64,000 nucleotides of DNA from a virus: IMG/VR virus record IMGVR_UViG_3300032315_001604, positions 32,001 to 96,000 of that record, one strand, 5' to 3'. A program made the position numbers and the translations under genes. The notes beneath the pieces were generated by a model. It did not search any database. It had not been told where the DNA came from and saw only the letters and a list, made by a program, of their open reading frames with translations. Below, in pieces: positions 27,881-37,778 of this stretch. Position 1 is the first letter of the stretch, and each line of letters starts with the position of its first letter.

Positions 27881-28159
27881 CTACCAATCTTTACAAGCTT
27901 GATAGCGAGGAGTACCTGGTTTTGCTGATGAACATTTATGTCTTGCTCTGAAAGATTTTTTACGTTTAGTGTTTCCTGATTTACCAGTAACTCTTACGCC
28001 TTTTTGACCCCAATGTATTCTTTTATAACCACCTTTTGGGTTTTTAACACATTTCATCCATTTTTTGCCTTTGCGATCTGAAGATGTTTTTCCTGTAACT
28101 TTCGTGCAACGTGCAGCTTCTTCTAAGAGAGAAGAAACCAATAAATCGAAATTAATCAT
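27881..28159 (-). CDS. Small basic Cys-containing phage protein
   Basis: KKSFRARHKC...YQACKDW motif recurrent in T4-like phages; N-terminal FDLLVSSLLEE. Confidence 0.65.
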   Translation of the reverse strand: MINFDLLVSSLLEEAARCTKVTGKTSSDRKGKKWMKCVKNPKGGYKRIHWGQKGVRVTGKSGNTKRKKSFRARHKCSSAKPGTPRYQACKDW

Positions 28160-28238
28160 GCATATACTTATTCTTTGAGAGAAACTAAAAACATTTATAA
28201 AAAATGGTAAAAATTAAAGGTAAATAGTAGTATAAATT

Positions 28239-30434
28239 ATGGCAGCAAGAACAATAGCATCACCAGGCGTACAAATTAACGAAGTTGATTTAAGTTTAAT
28301 CGCAAGACCAACAGGCGAAACAAACATTTTCATGACAGGTTTTGCCGACCAAGGACCAACCGATGAAGTTATCAACGTTACAAGTTTAACAGAATATGAA
28401 GAAATCTTCGGTGTTCCAACAAATGCAGCAGAAAGATATTCATATCATGCTGCTAGACAAATTTTAACAACATCACCAGCTAACTTGTTGGTTACTAGAA
28501 TGCCTTATGGTTCTGGTGCAGGTGTTGGATATACAAACTCTTACAGCGCATTGGTGTATCCAATTTCATCAAACGGTGCTACTTATGAATCTTCAACAGA
28601 GTATAGAGTATTAGAACCAGAATCTATTCTTTTAACTGATGATGAATATCAAAGTTTAGTAGAAAACGATGTAGCATGGTCTGATGGTTGGCTTAATATT
28701 CCAAGTTACAATTTTGATGGTATCGGCAGAGCAGGTTTTGTAGTAGTAAATGCTGCAAAAACAACCGTATCAAATCTTTATGAAGGTTTTTATGTAGCTC
28801 TTGCTGATAATAGTAACAATAACCCTGCAACAAATTTTGATGCTATAACAGGAGTAAAATCTGTTAATACTATCGACTCCAGTAATTCATATCAAACCTT
28901 TGTTAATGTTCCAAGTTCAAGATTTGGTTTCCAATTAACACAAAATTATCAAAATTACACAGGTCAAAGTGTTTCAGAAGTTGTTGAAAACTTCCCAACA
29001 AATTATGATTTTGCAACAACAAAATTCAATGATTACTTGACATTGATGGTCTTTAAATTAAGACCTACGACATATAGCCAAGATACAGTAACTCTCGATT
29101 ATATTGTTACTGAAGGTTATACAGGTTCATTATACATTGACAGAACGCAACAAAATCCAAATGGTGGTTCATTTATTACATCATTTATTGATAATTTAGC
29201 AAATGCTCGTTCTGCTAACATTAAAGTTATTACAAATCCTTACATCTCAACAACAGGAGATTGGATTAATAATGACGGTACATCTAAAAAATCTGTTAGA
29301 GTACAAACAGTAGCTAAAAATCTTTACTCTGCTGGTGTTTATGTATCAGATACAGATAAAGTAGCTAAAGATGTTGGTAACATCCCATTAAAACTTGAAA
29401 GAGTTTTAAGAACATTAGAAAATAATGATACAATAAATTTAGATGTAACAATCGAAGCTGGTTTGGGTAGTATTTGGACTAGTGCAAAAGCACGTTTTGT
29501 AGATTCTACATATACTGGTCAACCAAGAATTTTTGATGACACATATCCATTAGATATTTCTGTTCTTAAAAATACTACAGGTGTTCTTGTTGGTGGAGTG
29601 AGAGAAGATTATTTTTCTATTGTAAACCAATTTGTAACATTTGCAGATAAAACTAGAAAAGATCACATGTTCATTGCAGATCCTTTAAGAAATATCTTTG
29701 TAAAAGGATCCAATTCAAAAATAGCTAAGAGTAGAGACTTCATCTTCTCAACTGACATTTATTGGCCATTGAGAAATCTTTTCGCTGGTGTTGAATCAAG
29801 CTATGTTGCAACATATGGCAACTGGATCAGAACAAATGATACAGCATCAGATACCTTCTGCTGGATTCCTGCATCAGGTTATATTGCATCCATATTTGCA
29901 TCGTCAGCACAAACATCATTCCCTTGGTCTGCACCAGCAGGTTTCACAAGAGGAACATTGTTTAATGTATCAGATATTGCAATCAATCCAACACAAAAGC
30001 AAAGAGATCTGCTTTACAAAATTAACATCAATCCTATTGCATTCTTCCCAAATGATGGAAACGTAGTTTTTGGACAAAAAACACTCTATCGTAAACCATC
30101 AGCCTTTGATAGAATCAATGTTCGTAGATTGTTCTTAACATTAGAAAAAACTGCTCAATCAGTTCTTAAATTCTTTGTTTTCGAACCTAATACATTCACA
30201 ACAAGAGCAAGAGTTGTGGGTGCATTAACACCAATCTTCGATCAAGCACGATTGAATGAAGGATTATACGATTATGCTATTGTGTGTGATGAAAGAAACA
30301 ACACACCAAACACAATAGACAGTAATGAATTGAGAGTCTCTCTTTATATTCAACCTGTTCGCACTGCCGAATTTATTCTTGCAGACTTTATTGCTACAAG
30401 AACAGGAGTGAACTTCGAAGAAATACTATCATAA
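28239..30434 (+). CDS. gp18: Contractile tail sheath protein
   Basis: SPGVQINEVDLS start, FPWSAPAGFTRG, QRDLLYK.NINPI, FGQKTL, FDRINVRRLF, FVFEPN, PVRTAEFI. Confidence 0.97.
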   Translation: MAARTIASPGVQINEVDLSLIARPTGETNIFMTGFADQGPTDEVINVTSLTEYEEIFGVPTNAAERYSYHAARQILTTSPANLLVTRMPYGSGAGVGYTNSYSALVYPISSNGATYESSTEYRVLEPESILLTDDEYQSLVENDVAWSDGWLNIPSYNFDGIGRAGFVVVNAAKTTVSNLYEGFYVALADNSNNNPATNFDAITGVKSVNTIDSSNSYQTFVNVPSSRFGFQLTQNYQNYTGQSVSEVVENFPTNYDFATTKFNDYLTLMVFKLRPTTYSQDTVTLDYIVTEGYTGSLYIDRTQQNPNGGSFITSFIDNLANARSANIKVITNPYISTTGDWINNDGTSKKSVRVQTVAKNLYSAGVYVSDTDKVAKDVGNIPLKLERVLRTLENNDTINLDVTIEAGLGSIWTSAKARFVDSTYTGQPRIFDDTYPLDISVLKNTTGVLVGGVREDYFSIVNQFVTFADKTRKDHMFIADPLRNIFVKGSNSKIAKSRDFIFSTDIYWPLRNLFAGVESSYVATYGNWIRTNDTASDTFCWIPASGYIASIFASSAQTSFPWSAPAGFTRGTLFNVSDIAINPTQKQRDLLYKININPIAFFPNDGNVVFGQKTLYRKPSAFDRINVRRLFLTLEKTAQSVLKFFVFEPNTFTTRARVVGALTPIFDQARLNEGLYDYAIVCDERNNTPNTIDSNELRVSLYIQPVRTAEFILADFIATRTGVNFEEILS

Positions 30435-30452
30435 GATAAATAATTTAAACAT

Positions 30453-31028
30453 ATGGCAATACCAGAATATACACCGCAAGACAGAGGTTTACTTAACAAT
30501 TATGGAATTTCAAATTTCTATAATGCAGCCGCTAACAACGATTTTATGCGAACAAATTTGTTCCGCATTATATCTCTTGGTGGCGTAAGATTTACAGCCA
30601 ATGAGCTTCTTTATTTAACTTCAACAACATTACCAGGTCGTGCAATCACAAACATCCAAGTTCCTTTTATGGGATTAGTGTTTAACGTACCAGGCACAGC
30701 AAACTATCCTAACAGTGGTGCATGGAATGTATCATTCAGAGTACCACAAAACCTTTCTATTCGTAGAAAATTTGAACAATGGACTAGAGATGTTTTCAAT
30801 GACATCGATAGTTCAGGTTCTTATAGTATTCCAAGTGCAGATTCTTCTAATCAAGTTGTTATAACTTTAATTGATAAAGTAGGAACACCTATCAGAACAT
30901 ATACACTTTATGGTGCATACTGCCAATCAGTAGGCGATGTCAATATGGACATTACTACTTCTGGCGAAGTAATGGTACAACAAGCAACATTAGCATATCA
31001 ATACTGGCAATTAAGTAACAACCCATAA
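30453..31028 (+). CDS. gp19: Tail tube protein
   Basis: Directly after the sheath; LPG...I.VPFMG..F..PG...Y...W.V.F...R..FE.W, YTLYGAY. Confidence 0.88.
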   Translation: MAIPEYTPQDRGLLNNYGISNFYNAAANNDFMRTNLFRIISLGGVRFTANELLYLTSTTLPGRAITNIQVPFMGLVFNVPGTANYPNSGAWNVSFRVPQNLSIRRKFEQWTRDVFNDIDSSGSYSIPSADSSNQVVITLIDKVGTPIRTYTLYGAYCQSVGDVNMDITTSGEVMVQQATLAYQYWQLSNNP

Positions 31029-31060
31029 ACAAAAACTTAAATTAGGCATAAATATTTGAT

Positions 31061-31810
31061 ATGGCTAATTTAAGATCAAGTCCTTACGAATATTATCTAA
31101 AACTATTAGGCAGATGGCCTACTGGTTTAGCATTAGCTAGTCAATGGTTAGTGTATTTTGATTTTAGTTCTGTGGGTTGTTTACAAGGGGATTTACAAGG
31201 GTTAATCCGCAATAAAGAGAGTGCTTTCGGTTCGAATGGTTGGACTATAACAAACACTGTTACAAAATATCTTTTAGATGGTGGATTACAGTATTCATCT
31301 GATAATTTAACTGGTTGTGTATTTGCTAGACAAGTTAATTTACCAAGCGAGAGTATTAATGCAGGAAATGTCGGTTTAGATTATGGGGGTTATCAAGCAC
31401 CAGCAACAATAGGAAATAGAGAAAAATATAAAAAACTAACAGTCACCTTTCTAGAAACTAATGCATCGTTTTTAGATTTAGTTTTAAGACCTTGGACAGT
31501 AATGGTAGGTTATAATGGTTTAGTTGCAAGAGCTAGTAATTCATCAAAAAATGTTAAGTGTAACTATGCAGATGTTTTAATGTATGCAAAAACTGGTGTT
31601 AGTAACAGAATGCAAGTACGTAAAATATACAGGTTTTATAATCTTGCACCAGTTTCTATAGATGGTGAAGAATATTCTTATATGACGGAAGGCATGAAAT
31701 ATAGTAATGTTTCTTTTGTTTATGATGGTTATAGTGTATTAGATGCCAATACACCTAGTTTAATTGACTTAAATAATTCATTTTTAAGTCAATTAGGATT
31801 TTCAAGTTGA
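31061..31810 (+). CDS. Tail tube-like protein (gp19/gp54 paralogue)
   Basis: VNLPSE...LTVTFLET...LRPW...YRFYNLAPVSI...SFVYD tube-fold pattern. Confidence 0.65.
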   Translation: MANLRSSPYEYYLKLLGRWPTGLALASQWLVYFDFSSVGCLQGDLQGLIRNKESAFGSNGWTITNTVTKYLLDGGLQYSSDNLTGCVFARQVNLPSESINAGNVGLDYGGYQAPATIGNREKYKKLTVTFLETNASFLDLVLRPWTVMVGYNGLVARASNSSKNVKCNYADVLMYAKTGVSNRMQVRKIYRFYNLAPVSIDGEEYSYMTEGMKYSNVSFVYDGYSVLDANTPSLIDLNNSFLSQLGFSS

Positions 31811-31840
31811 AAAACTTTTGTTGTTTGTTAGTATCTAACT

Positions 31841-32827
31841 GTGAATAAAAATTTTTTTTATAAGGTAGATTTACCTTTTTCTAAAAAAGTTATTAATTTT
31901 AAAGAACTTACAACCGAAAATCAATTAGAAATTGAAAAAATCAATCACTATTATCCATCTAATATTGAATATTATATGGAATACCATAACAATTTTTTGA
32001 AAGTTTTAAAAAATTGTATAGAAAATTTTGATGACGTTTTACAACTAGATATCATAGAATATCTTCTTTTGTGTTTAAAGTTGCGTATTACTAGTATTGG
32101 AAATGTTTTAGAATTACAGATAAAGTCTGATGATGCTAATGTTAAATTTAAAAAAATAACTCTTGATTTACAAGAACTTTTAAAAAATATTTTGTTAGCT
32201 GGTGAAAATTCATTAATTAATCAAAAATTAATATACGAAAATAAAAATTTAAACATTAGATTGGGATGGCCAAATATTAAGAGCGTAAAAACTTTTCATA
32301 ATTTATTTTTTAGTGATTTTTCTTTTCAAGAAAAGGTTTTAATGACTATTCCTGAATTTATTAAAGAAATACAAATTGATGAAAATATTATCAATTTTAC
32401 CGATTTAGATTTTGATCAAAAAGAAAAAATCATATTAAATTTTCCAGCATCAATAAAAAACGATATTCAAAATGCAGTTTTAGAAAATATTAGTAGTTTA
32501 TCAAATTATAATATTTTTGAAATTTCTTTTTTTAAAGATCAAAAATTTAATTTTTATAACTTAATTTACATAGAGCTTATAAAATTAATTTTTTCTCAAG
32601 CTCCAAAAAGAATATATGAAGAAATATACATATTATCCAACTTTAATATGAGTTCTGAATACGTTTTAAACATGTCTCCTTCAGAAAGAAAGATATACAT
32701 ATCTTTCATAGAAGCCCAAAGAAAATCGCAAGAGGGACCATCAGAGCCTTCTAGTGTGCCATTAGAAGGTGCTAATCGATCTTTAGAAGATTTAGCAGTT
32801 GAATTTGGAGATTTGCCTCCTAATTAA
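31841..32827 (+). CDS. Baseplate hub assembly protein, gp26-like
   Basis: LPFSKK.I.FKELT, DIIEYLLL.LRI.S, C-terminal EY..NMSPSER..YI; position. Confidence 0.55.
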   Translation: MNKNFFYKVDLPFSKKVINFKELTTENQLEIEKINHYYPSNIEYYMEYHNNFLKVLKNCIENFDDVLQLDIIEYLLLCLKLRITSIGNVLELQIKSDDANVKFKKITLDLQELLKNILLAGENSLINQKLIYENKNLNIRLGWPNIKSVKTFHNLFFSDFSFQEKVLMTIPEFIKEIQIDENIINFTDLDFDQKEKIILNFPASIKNDIQNAVLENISSLSNYNIFEISFFKDQKFNFYNLIYIELIKLIFSQAPKRIYEEIYILSNFNMSSEYVLNMSPSERKIYISFIEAQRKSQEGPSEPSSVPLEGANRSLEDLAVEFGDLPPN

Positions 32828-32834
32828 CTAATAT

Positions 32835-33653
32835 ATGCAACAAGATTTAAACTTTAACAATGCTTTAGAAGCAATTGAAGCTATTTCAAATAGTTTTACT
32901 GTTGATGCATGGGTTCCGTCCAAAGAAAAATTTTATTCTTTTAAGGAAATCGATGCCAAACAGCAAAAAACACTGTTAAGTTCTGCAATGAATTCGTCAG
33001 TGTATAATACCAATTTTGTTAAAACTTTTTACAATATTTTAAAAGAAAATTCAATTAGTGAAGATAAAAAAGAAATAAATGATTTTACCATTTTTGACAA
33101 AGCTTCTATTGCTTTGGCACTAAAAAGTAAAATATCAAAAGAGGCAAATATTATTTTTGATGAAGATAAAAATAATATTAAAAAGATTGATATTATACCT
33201 ATCATTGAAAAATTCAAAAATTTTCAAACACCAGAATCTGAATATATTGAATTAAAAAACGAAGAGAATCATATTAAATTAAAAATAAGCATTCCAACAA
33301 TCGGTAAAGAATTGGATTATGAAGAAGAAATTCATAAAAAAGAAAAGAGAGTAGATGATATTAAAAATACTGAAGATATTCAGAAAATATTATCCGAAGC
33401 TTTTGTTGGAGAAACTTCAAAATATATTCAAAGCATCGAAATAAACAACGTAGATGTTAGCTTTGATAGTTATGATTTTTCTAAAAAAATTAAAATAGTA
33501 GAAAAACTACCTAGTGGATTGATTCAAAAAATATTGGAAGCCGTTTCTAAATGGAAAAAACAATTTGATGAAATTCTTAAAGTAGAATTTACAGAAAACG
33601 AAACCACGTATAAAAAGGTTCTTAGCATAGATAGTTTGCTTTTTTTGAGTTAA
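32835..33653 (+). CDS. Baseplate hub assembly protein, second gp26-like paralogue
   Basis: VPS..K.YSFKE..KQQK.LL, FDK..I..ALK.K, KL.IPT; precedes the tape measure. Confidence 0.5.
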   Translation: MQQDLNFNNALEAIEAISNSFTVDAWVPSKEKFYSFKEIDAKQQKTLLSSAMNSSVYNTNFVKTFYNILKENSISEDKKEINDFTIFDKASIALALKSKISKEANIIFDEDKNNIKKIDIIPIIEKFKNFQTPESEYIELKNEENHIKLKISIPTIGKELDYEEEIHKKEKRVDDIKNTEDIQKILSEAFVGETSKYIQSIEINNVDVSFDSYDFSKKIKIVEKLPSGLIQKILEAVSKWKKQFDEILKVEFTENETTYKKVLSIDSLLFLS

Positions 33654-33682
33654 AATCATATATTAATCCTAAATATTAATAT

Positions 33683-36037
33683 ATGGCAGATATCCCATAC
33701 GATGAGATATTATCAAAATTTGCTGGAAATCAGATAGATTCAAAAGAATTTTTAAATCTTTTATTCTCTACTGATGAAACGGGTATTGATTATCTACAAT
33801 CTTTAAAAAAAGAATTTAAAGACAAATACGTTACACCTGTTTTTAAAAAGGCATCGTCGTATTATTCCAAAATTGGGGAACAAATAGATAAAGGTTCAAA
33901 AAAAGAAAATTTAGATGCATTAAACGACCCGTTAGATATTGTTAAGTTAAATCAAGAATATAAAGAAAAAACTAAACAACTTTTTGAAAAAAAATTAAAA
34001 GAGATTGATGTATCTGTTAACATAGAAAATCCACAGCAAACTAGAAGTGTTATAGAAAAAATAAAAGATTTAACTTCAGTTAATGTTCCAGAAACTCAAC
34101 CACAAAATATTCAAGAGCAACAAACCTTTGGTGTAAAACCAACGGTTATTACTTTATCAGAAAAAACCATAGAAGATTTAACTAAAGTTTTAAATCTTAA
34201 TTTTAAAGGAATAAAAGAAGGAATAGGGTTAAAAACAGAAACAAAAGAAGAAGAGGCGGGTGGTGGTTTGTTAAGTACGTTAGCTGGATTATTGGCATTT
34301 GGTGGCGTTGCTGCCTTATTGGTATCGGCTTTTTGGGATAAAATTAAACCATGGTTGGAAGAAAAAATTGGTGTAAAATTAGGATTTTTAGACAAATTTG
34401 AAGGTTTAGTTGAAGGTATAGGTAAATTTTTTACTCTCGGTGGTTTAAAAATAACCGCTGGTCCTTTATTTAATTTGGTAGGAAAAGCATTTACAACATT
34501 TGGAGATTTATTAGAAGGCGGTTTAAAAGCTATTTTTCAATTAGGATTTGGTGATGAGATAGTAGAAGCAGGAACAAAAGCAGCACCTGCTGCTTGGAAA
34601 ACTCTTTTACCGAAAATTGCAGGGGGTTTATTTAAAGGTGCTGGAAAAGTTGCTTTAAGAGGCATTCCTATTATCGGAAGTTTGATTAGTTTTTACTTTG
34701 CATATGACCGTTTCCAAAAAGGAGAAGTTATACAAGGTTTAATAGAAATTGCAGGAGGATTAGCAGGTTTAATACCTGGTGTAGGAATACCTTTAAGCAT
34801 CGGTATAGCGGCTTTAAATGCCTTTATAGACTATAAAGTAGCAGATCTGCCACAAGATCAACAAAACGCCGCAGCAGGGGGAATTATAGGCGATATAGGG
34901 GCAAAAATATACGATATGATCAAAGATATACCTTTTGTTGGAGGTCTTGTCAAATTTGGTTTGGGTATATATGAGTTAGTTTCTGGTAATTTTTCTAAAG
35001 GATTGGACTATTTGGTAGAACAGCCGTATTTAGGTCCGTTTCCAGCACTTATTAAATCTTTAATGGGTGCAACAGTTGAACAAGCAGACGGCACTAAAAC
35101 CTTTTCTTTTGAAGGATTTCAGAAAGAATTAAAAACGAACATGTTTAAGTGGATCATAAGCATGGTTCCTAATGCTTGGGGTATGAGAGGCGGTATTGCC
35201 AAAATAATGGGATTGGAATATAATGATACAACAGGAGATATAACAGTAAGCGAAGATCCATTTAATTTAGAATCAATAAACAGTCAAGAAAAAAATAAAA
35301 ATGATAAAATAAGAAAAGATGTATTAGAAAAATATGGTACTTCTCAAGATATAGCAAATTCTTCAGAAAATTTACAAAAAATAAAAAATGAATTGGATGC
35401 TCTTAGAAAAGAACAACCTGCACTTAAAAAACAATATGATGATTTAGCAGCATGGTCATTAGAAGGATGGAATCCGTTTGCTGATGAACAAAAAGAAGTT
35501 GAAGCAAAAGCAAAATTAGAAGAAGTTGAAAGAAGAATGGCAATTTTAGGAAATCAATATTTAGATGCATCGCAAAAACAAAAAGATATGTCACAATATG
35601 CAAATGATGCAGGAGAACTTGATCCATCAAAAGTTACAACAGTTTTAAAAGATAAAATAAAGTTTTCTACAGCACCTAAAGATGATTTTGAATATAATGC
35701 AAACTATTCTAATTCGGTTTTATTTGATAATAAAACACAAACAGCAAATATTTTAAATCCTAATGACAATATTTTGGCATATAAAACGGATGGTGTTTTT
35801 GATAAAAGTTTAAAACAAATGACAGCACTAATGGATTCTATTAATAAAGGAATTTACAAAATGTCTTCAGTTTTAGAAACAAACGAAAGCATGAAAGGAC
35901 CATCAATTAATATTGCTGCATCACAAGATAATGGTGGAAACTATAAAGATGTAATATTAAGTGGTAGTAGAGATTCAATTTACGAATTAAGAAATAATTG
36001 GTGGAGAAGTACAACAAGTATCCGCGATTTTGCTTAA
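33683..36037 (+). CDS. Tape measure / baseplate hub protein (gp29-like)
   Basis: 784 aa, helical, with several Gly/Ala-rich hydrophobic segments; lies between hub and tube-cap genes. Confidence 0.7.
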   Translation: MADIPYDEILSKFAGNQIDSKEFLNLLFSTDETGIDYLQSLKKEFKDKYVTPVFKKASSYYSKIGEQIDKGSKKENLDALNDPLDIVKLNQEYKEKTKQLFEKKLKEIDVSVNIENPQQTRSVIEKIKDLTSVNVPETQPQNIQEQQTFGVKPTVITLSEKTIEDLTKVLNLNFKGIKEGIGLKTETKEEEAGGGLLSTLAGLLAFGGVAALLVSAFWDKIKPWLEEKIGVKLGFLDKFEGLVEGIGKFFTLGGLKITAGPLFNLVGKAFTTFGDLLEGGLKAIFQLGFGDEIVEAGTKAAPAAWKTLLPKIAGGLFKGAGKVALRGIPIIGSLISFYFAYDRFQKGEVIQGLIEIAGGLAGLIPGVGIPLSIGIAALNAFIDYKVADLPQDQQNAAAGGIIGDIGAKIYDMIKDIPFVGGLVKFGLGIYELVSGNFSKGLDYLVEQPYLGPFPALIKSLMGATVEQADGTKTFSFEGFQKELKTNMFKWIISMVPNAWGMRGGIAKIMGLEYNDTTGDITVSEDPFNLESINSQEKNKNDKIRKDVLEKYGTSQDIANSSENLQKIKNELDALRKEQPALKKQYDDLAAWSLEGWNPFADEQKEVEAKAKLEEVERRMAILGNQYLDASQKQKDMSQYANDAGELDPSKVTTVLKDKIKFSTAPKDDFEYNANYSNSVLFDNKTQTANILNPNDNILAYKTDGVFDKSLKQMTALMDSINKGIYKMSSVLETNESMKGPSINIAASQDNGGNYKDVILSGSRDSIYELRNNWWRSTTSIRDFA

Positions 36038-36051
36038 GTATAATATAAGAT

Positions 36052-37011
36052 ATGGGAAATATTTCAAAAAGTACTTTATATAAAGAAGTGAGTAGACCTT
36101 TTCCTATTTCACTTCCTTTTCTTAGTTTTAAGAGTACAACCAAATTGGAACCCGTTGGTAGCGGATTAATCGATGTTGTAAATTCATTTAAATGGAAAAA
36201 TTATGGTTCTGCTAGTGAAGTCCCATCAATTCTTTTAGATGAATATGAATTAAGTTTTGGTACTTGGGCGGCAAATTTAGCAAGACTTATGAAAATATAT
36301 AATGAAAGTGGTAATCTTGATCCATATCTTCCTTTATATAGTGTTGATAATAAAAATACAAATAGATTCAAATATCATATACCATACCTTTTAGGTGATG
36401 GGGCTAAAATTAGAACTATCCAAAACGAGTGGGGTAAATTTGAAGGCGGTATTGATAAAATGTTTAAAAGTACCCGTGGTGGCACATTAGATACTTTAGG
36501 ACAAGTGGCAGGATTTGTTGCTAGTGGATTTACACCTGGTGTAGGATTTGAAGAAATTTATGAATATAAAAATACTTCTTTAGAAGAAATTACTGTTACC
36601 TTTCCTTTGTATAATACTGGATCAGTCACTGATGCTTATAAAAATTATAATTTTGTCACTTTATTAACTTTTCAAAATTTAAAAACTAGAACTTCTTTTT
36701 TAACATATATACCACCTAGAATTTACACCGTTTCTACTAATAATTGTTTAGGTGGTTTATATTGGCCTGTGGCAGTAATTTCTAGACTTTCGATTGAAAG
36801 TATTGGTACTACCAGAGAATTAAATGAATTTGGAGGAAGACCGATTTTAATGCCAGAGGCATTTAAAATAAGTATTACGCTTAAACAAATAGTATCAAAC
36901 AGTTCTAATATTTTTGAAGGAGCAGTTGGTGGTACTAAAGTAGATGTAACGGTAGTAGCTAAAGATGAAGCACAAGAAATATTTAATAATATAGCAAATT
37001 ATTTTAGTTAA
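36052..37011 (+). CDS. Baseplate tail-tube cap/initiator (gp48/gp54-like)
   Basis: EITVTFPLYNT, YIPPRIYTV, AVISRLSIE, PEAFKISITL; position. Confidence 0.55.
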   Translation: MGNISKSTLYKEVSRPFPISLPFLSFKSTTKLEPVGSGLIDVVNSFKWKNYGSASEVPSILLDEYELSFGTWAANLARLMKIYNESGNLDPYLPLYSVDNKNTNRFKYHIPYLLGDGAKIRTIQNEWGKFEGGIDKMFKSTRGGTLDTLGQVAGFVASGFTPGVGFEEIYEYKNTSLEEITVTFPLYNTGSVTDAYKNYNFVTLLTFQNLKTRTSFLTYIPPRIYTVSTNNCLGGLYWPVAVISRLSIESIGTTRELNEFGGRPILMPEAFKISITLKQIVSNSSNIFEGAVGGTKVDVTVVAKDEAQEIFNNIANYFS

Positions 37012-37012
37012 A

Positions 37013-37375
37013 ATGCAAAATCAAAATAATATACCAGACTTACCAAAATTATCATTGTATAGATATGAAAATTTTTTCAATATCTATAATGATGAAAAAA
37101 GTGATGTTAGATTTTATAATCTATTAAGAAATATTAGTATTTTTCCAGCTACAGATACTTCAGTGGAAGAAGATTATATTGTTGAATATGGTGATACTTG
37201 GGGTTACATTTCATACAAAAAATATAATACTTTAGATTTATGGTGGTTAATTTGTGCATACAACCAAATACAAAATCCGATTGATATGCCTGATTCTGGT
37301 ACTAAAATAAAAATTTTAAGATCTGATTATGTATATCCTATTATAGGATCTCTTTTGAATCAAATTCAATCTTAA
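37013..37375 (+). CDS. gp53: Baseplate wedge protein gp53-like with a LysM-type domain
   Basis: YIVEYGDTW..ISYKKY...LWWLIC.YNQI.NP...GTKIKI. Confidence 0.8.
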   Translation: MQNQNNIPDLPKLSLYRYENFFNIYNDEKSDVRFYNLLRNISIFPATDTSVEEDYIVEYGDTWGYISYKKYNTLDLWWLICAYNQIQNPIDMPDSGTKIKILRSDYVYPIIGSLLNQIQS

Positions 37376-37754
37376 GAAATTTTTCTATATCAAAATAAAA
37401 ACGTACATCAATAAATTTTTTTAATCTTTTATTTAATTTCGAAGTTGTATAACAATATATAATATTATCTACTTTTATAAAAAAGAGTTCAGGCAAAGTT
37501 TTTTCAAAAATATATAATTCTAATTCAATATTTTGATTTTCATCTAAAAAATATTGAAATTCTTTTTCAGAAATATCTTGTAATTTATTATGTTCAACCA
37601 AATCTAATATTTTATTTTCGAAAGTTTCCCATAAGCCTTTTTTATTTTTAGTAGAAAGATTATATATTGACCAAATACTTTGATATTTATATATCATATC
37701 TTCATTTGTTTTTCGATTGTTCTCTGAAAATATATCTAAAGATGAAACTTTCAT
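37341..37754 (-). CDS. Hypothetical protein
   Basis: 137-aa ORF divergent from the terminase, with TAAATA upstream. Confidence 0.5.
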   Translation of the reverse strand: MKVSSLDIFSENNRKTNEDMIYKYQSIWSIYNLSTKNKKGLWETFENKILDLVEHNKLQDISEKEFQYFLDENQNIELELYIFEKTLPELFFIKVDNIIYCYTTSKLNKRLKKFIDVRFYFDIEKFLKIEFDSKEIL

Positions 37755-37762
37755 ATTTCTAA

Positions 37763-37772
37763 TAAGTATTTA
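37763..37772. promoter_or_regulatory. Overlapping divergent late-type boxes: TAAGTA (+, 37763-37768) and TAAATA (-, 37767-37772)
   Basis: 24-bp intergenic gap between ATG 37754 (-) and ATG 37779 (+). Confidence 0.45.
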
Positions 37773-37778
37773 TTAATC

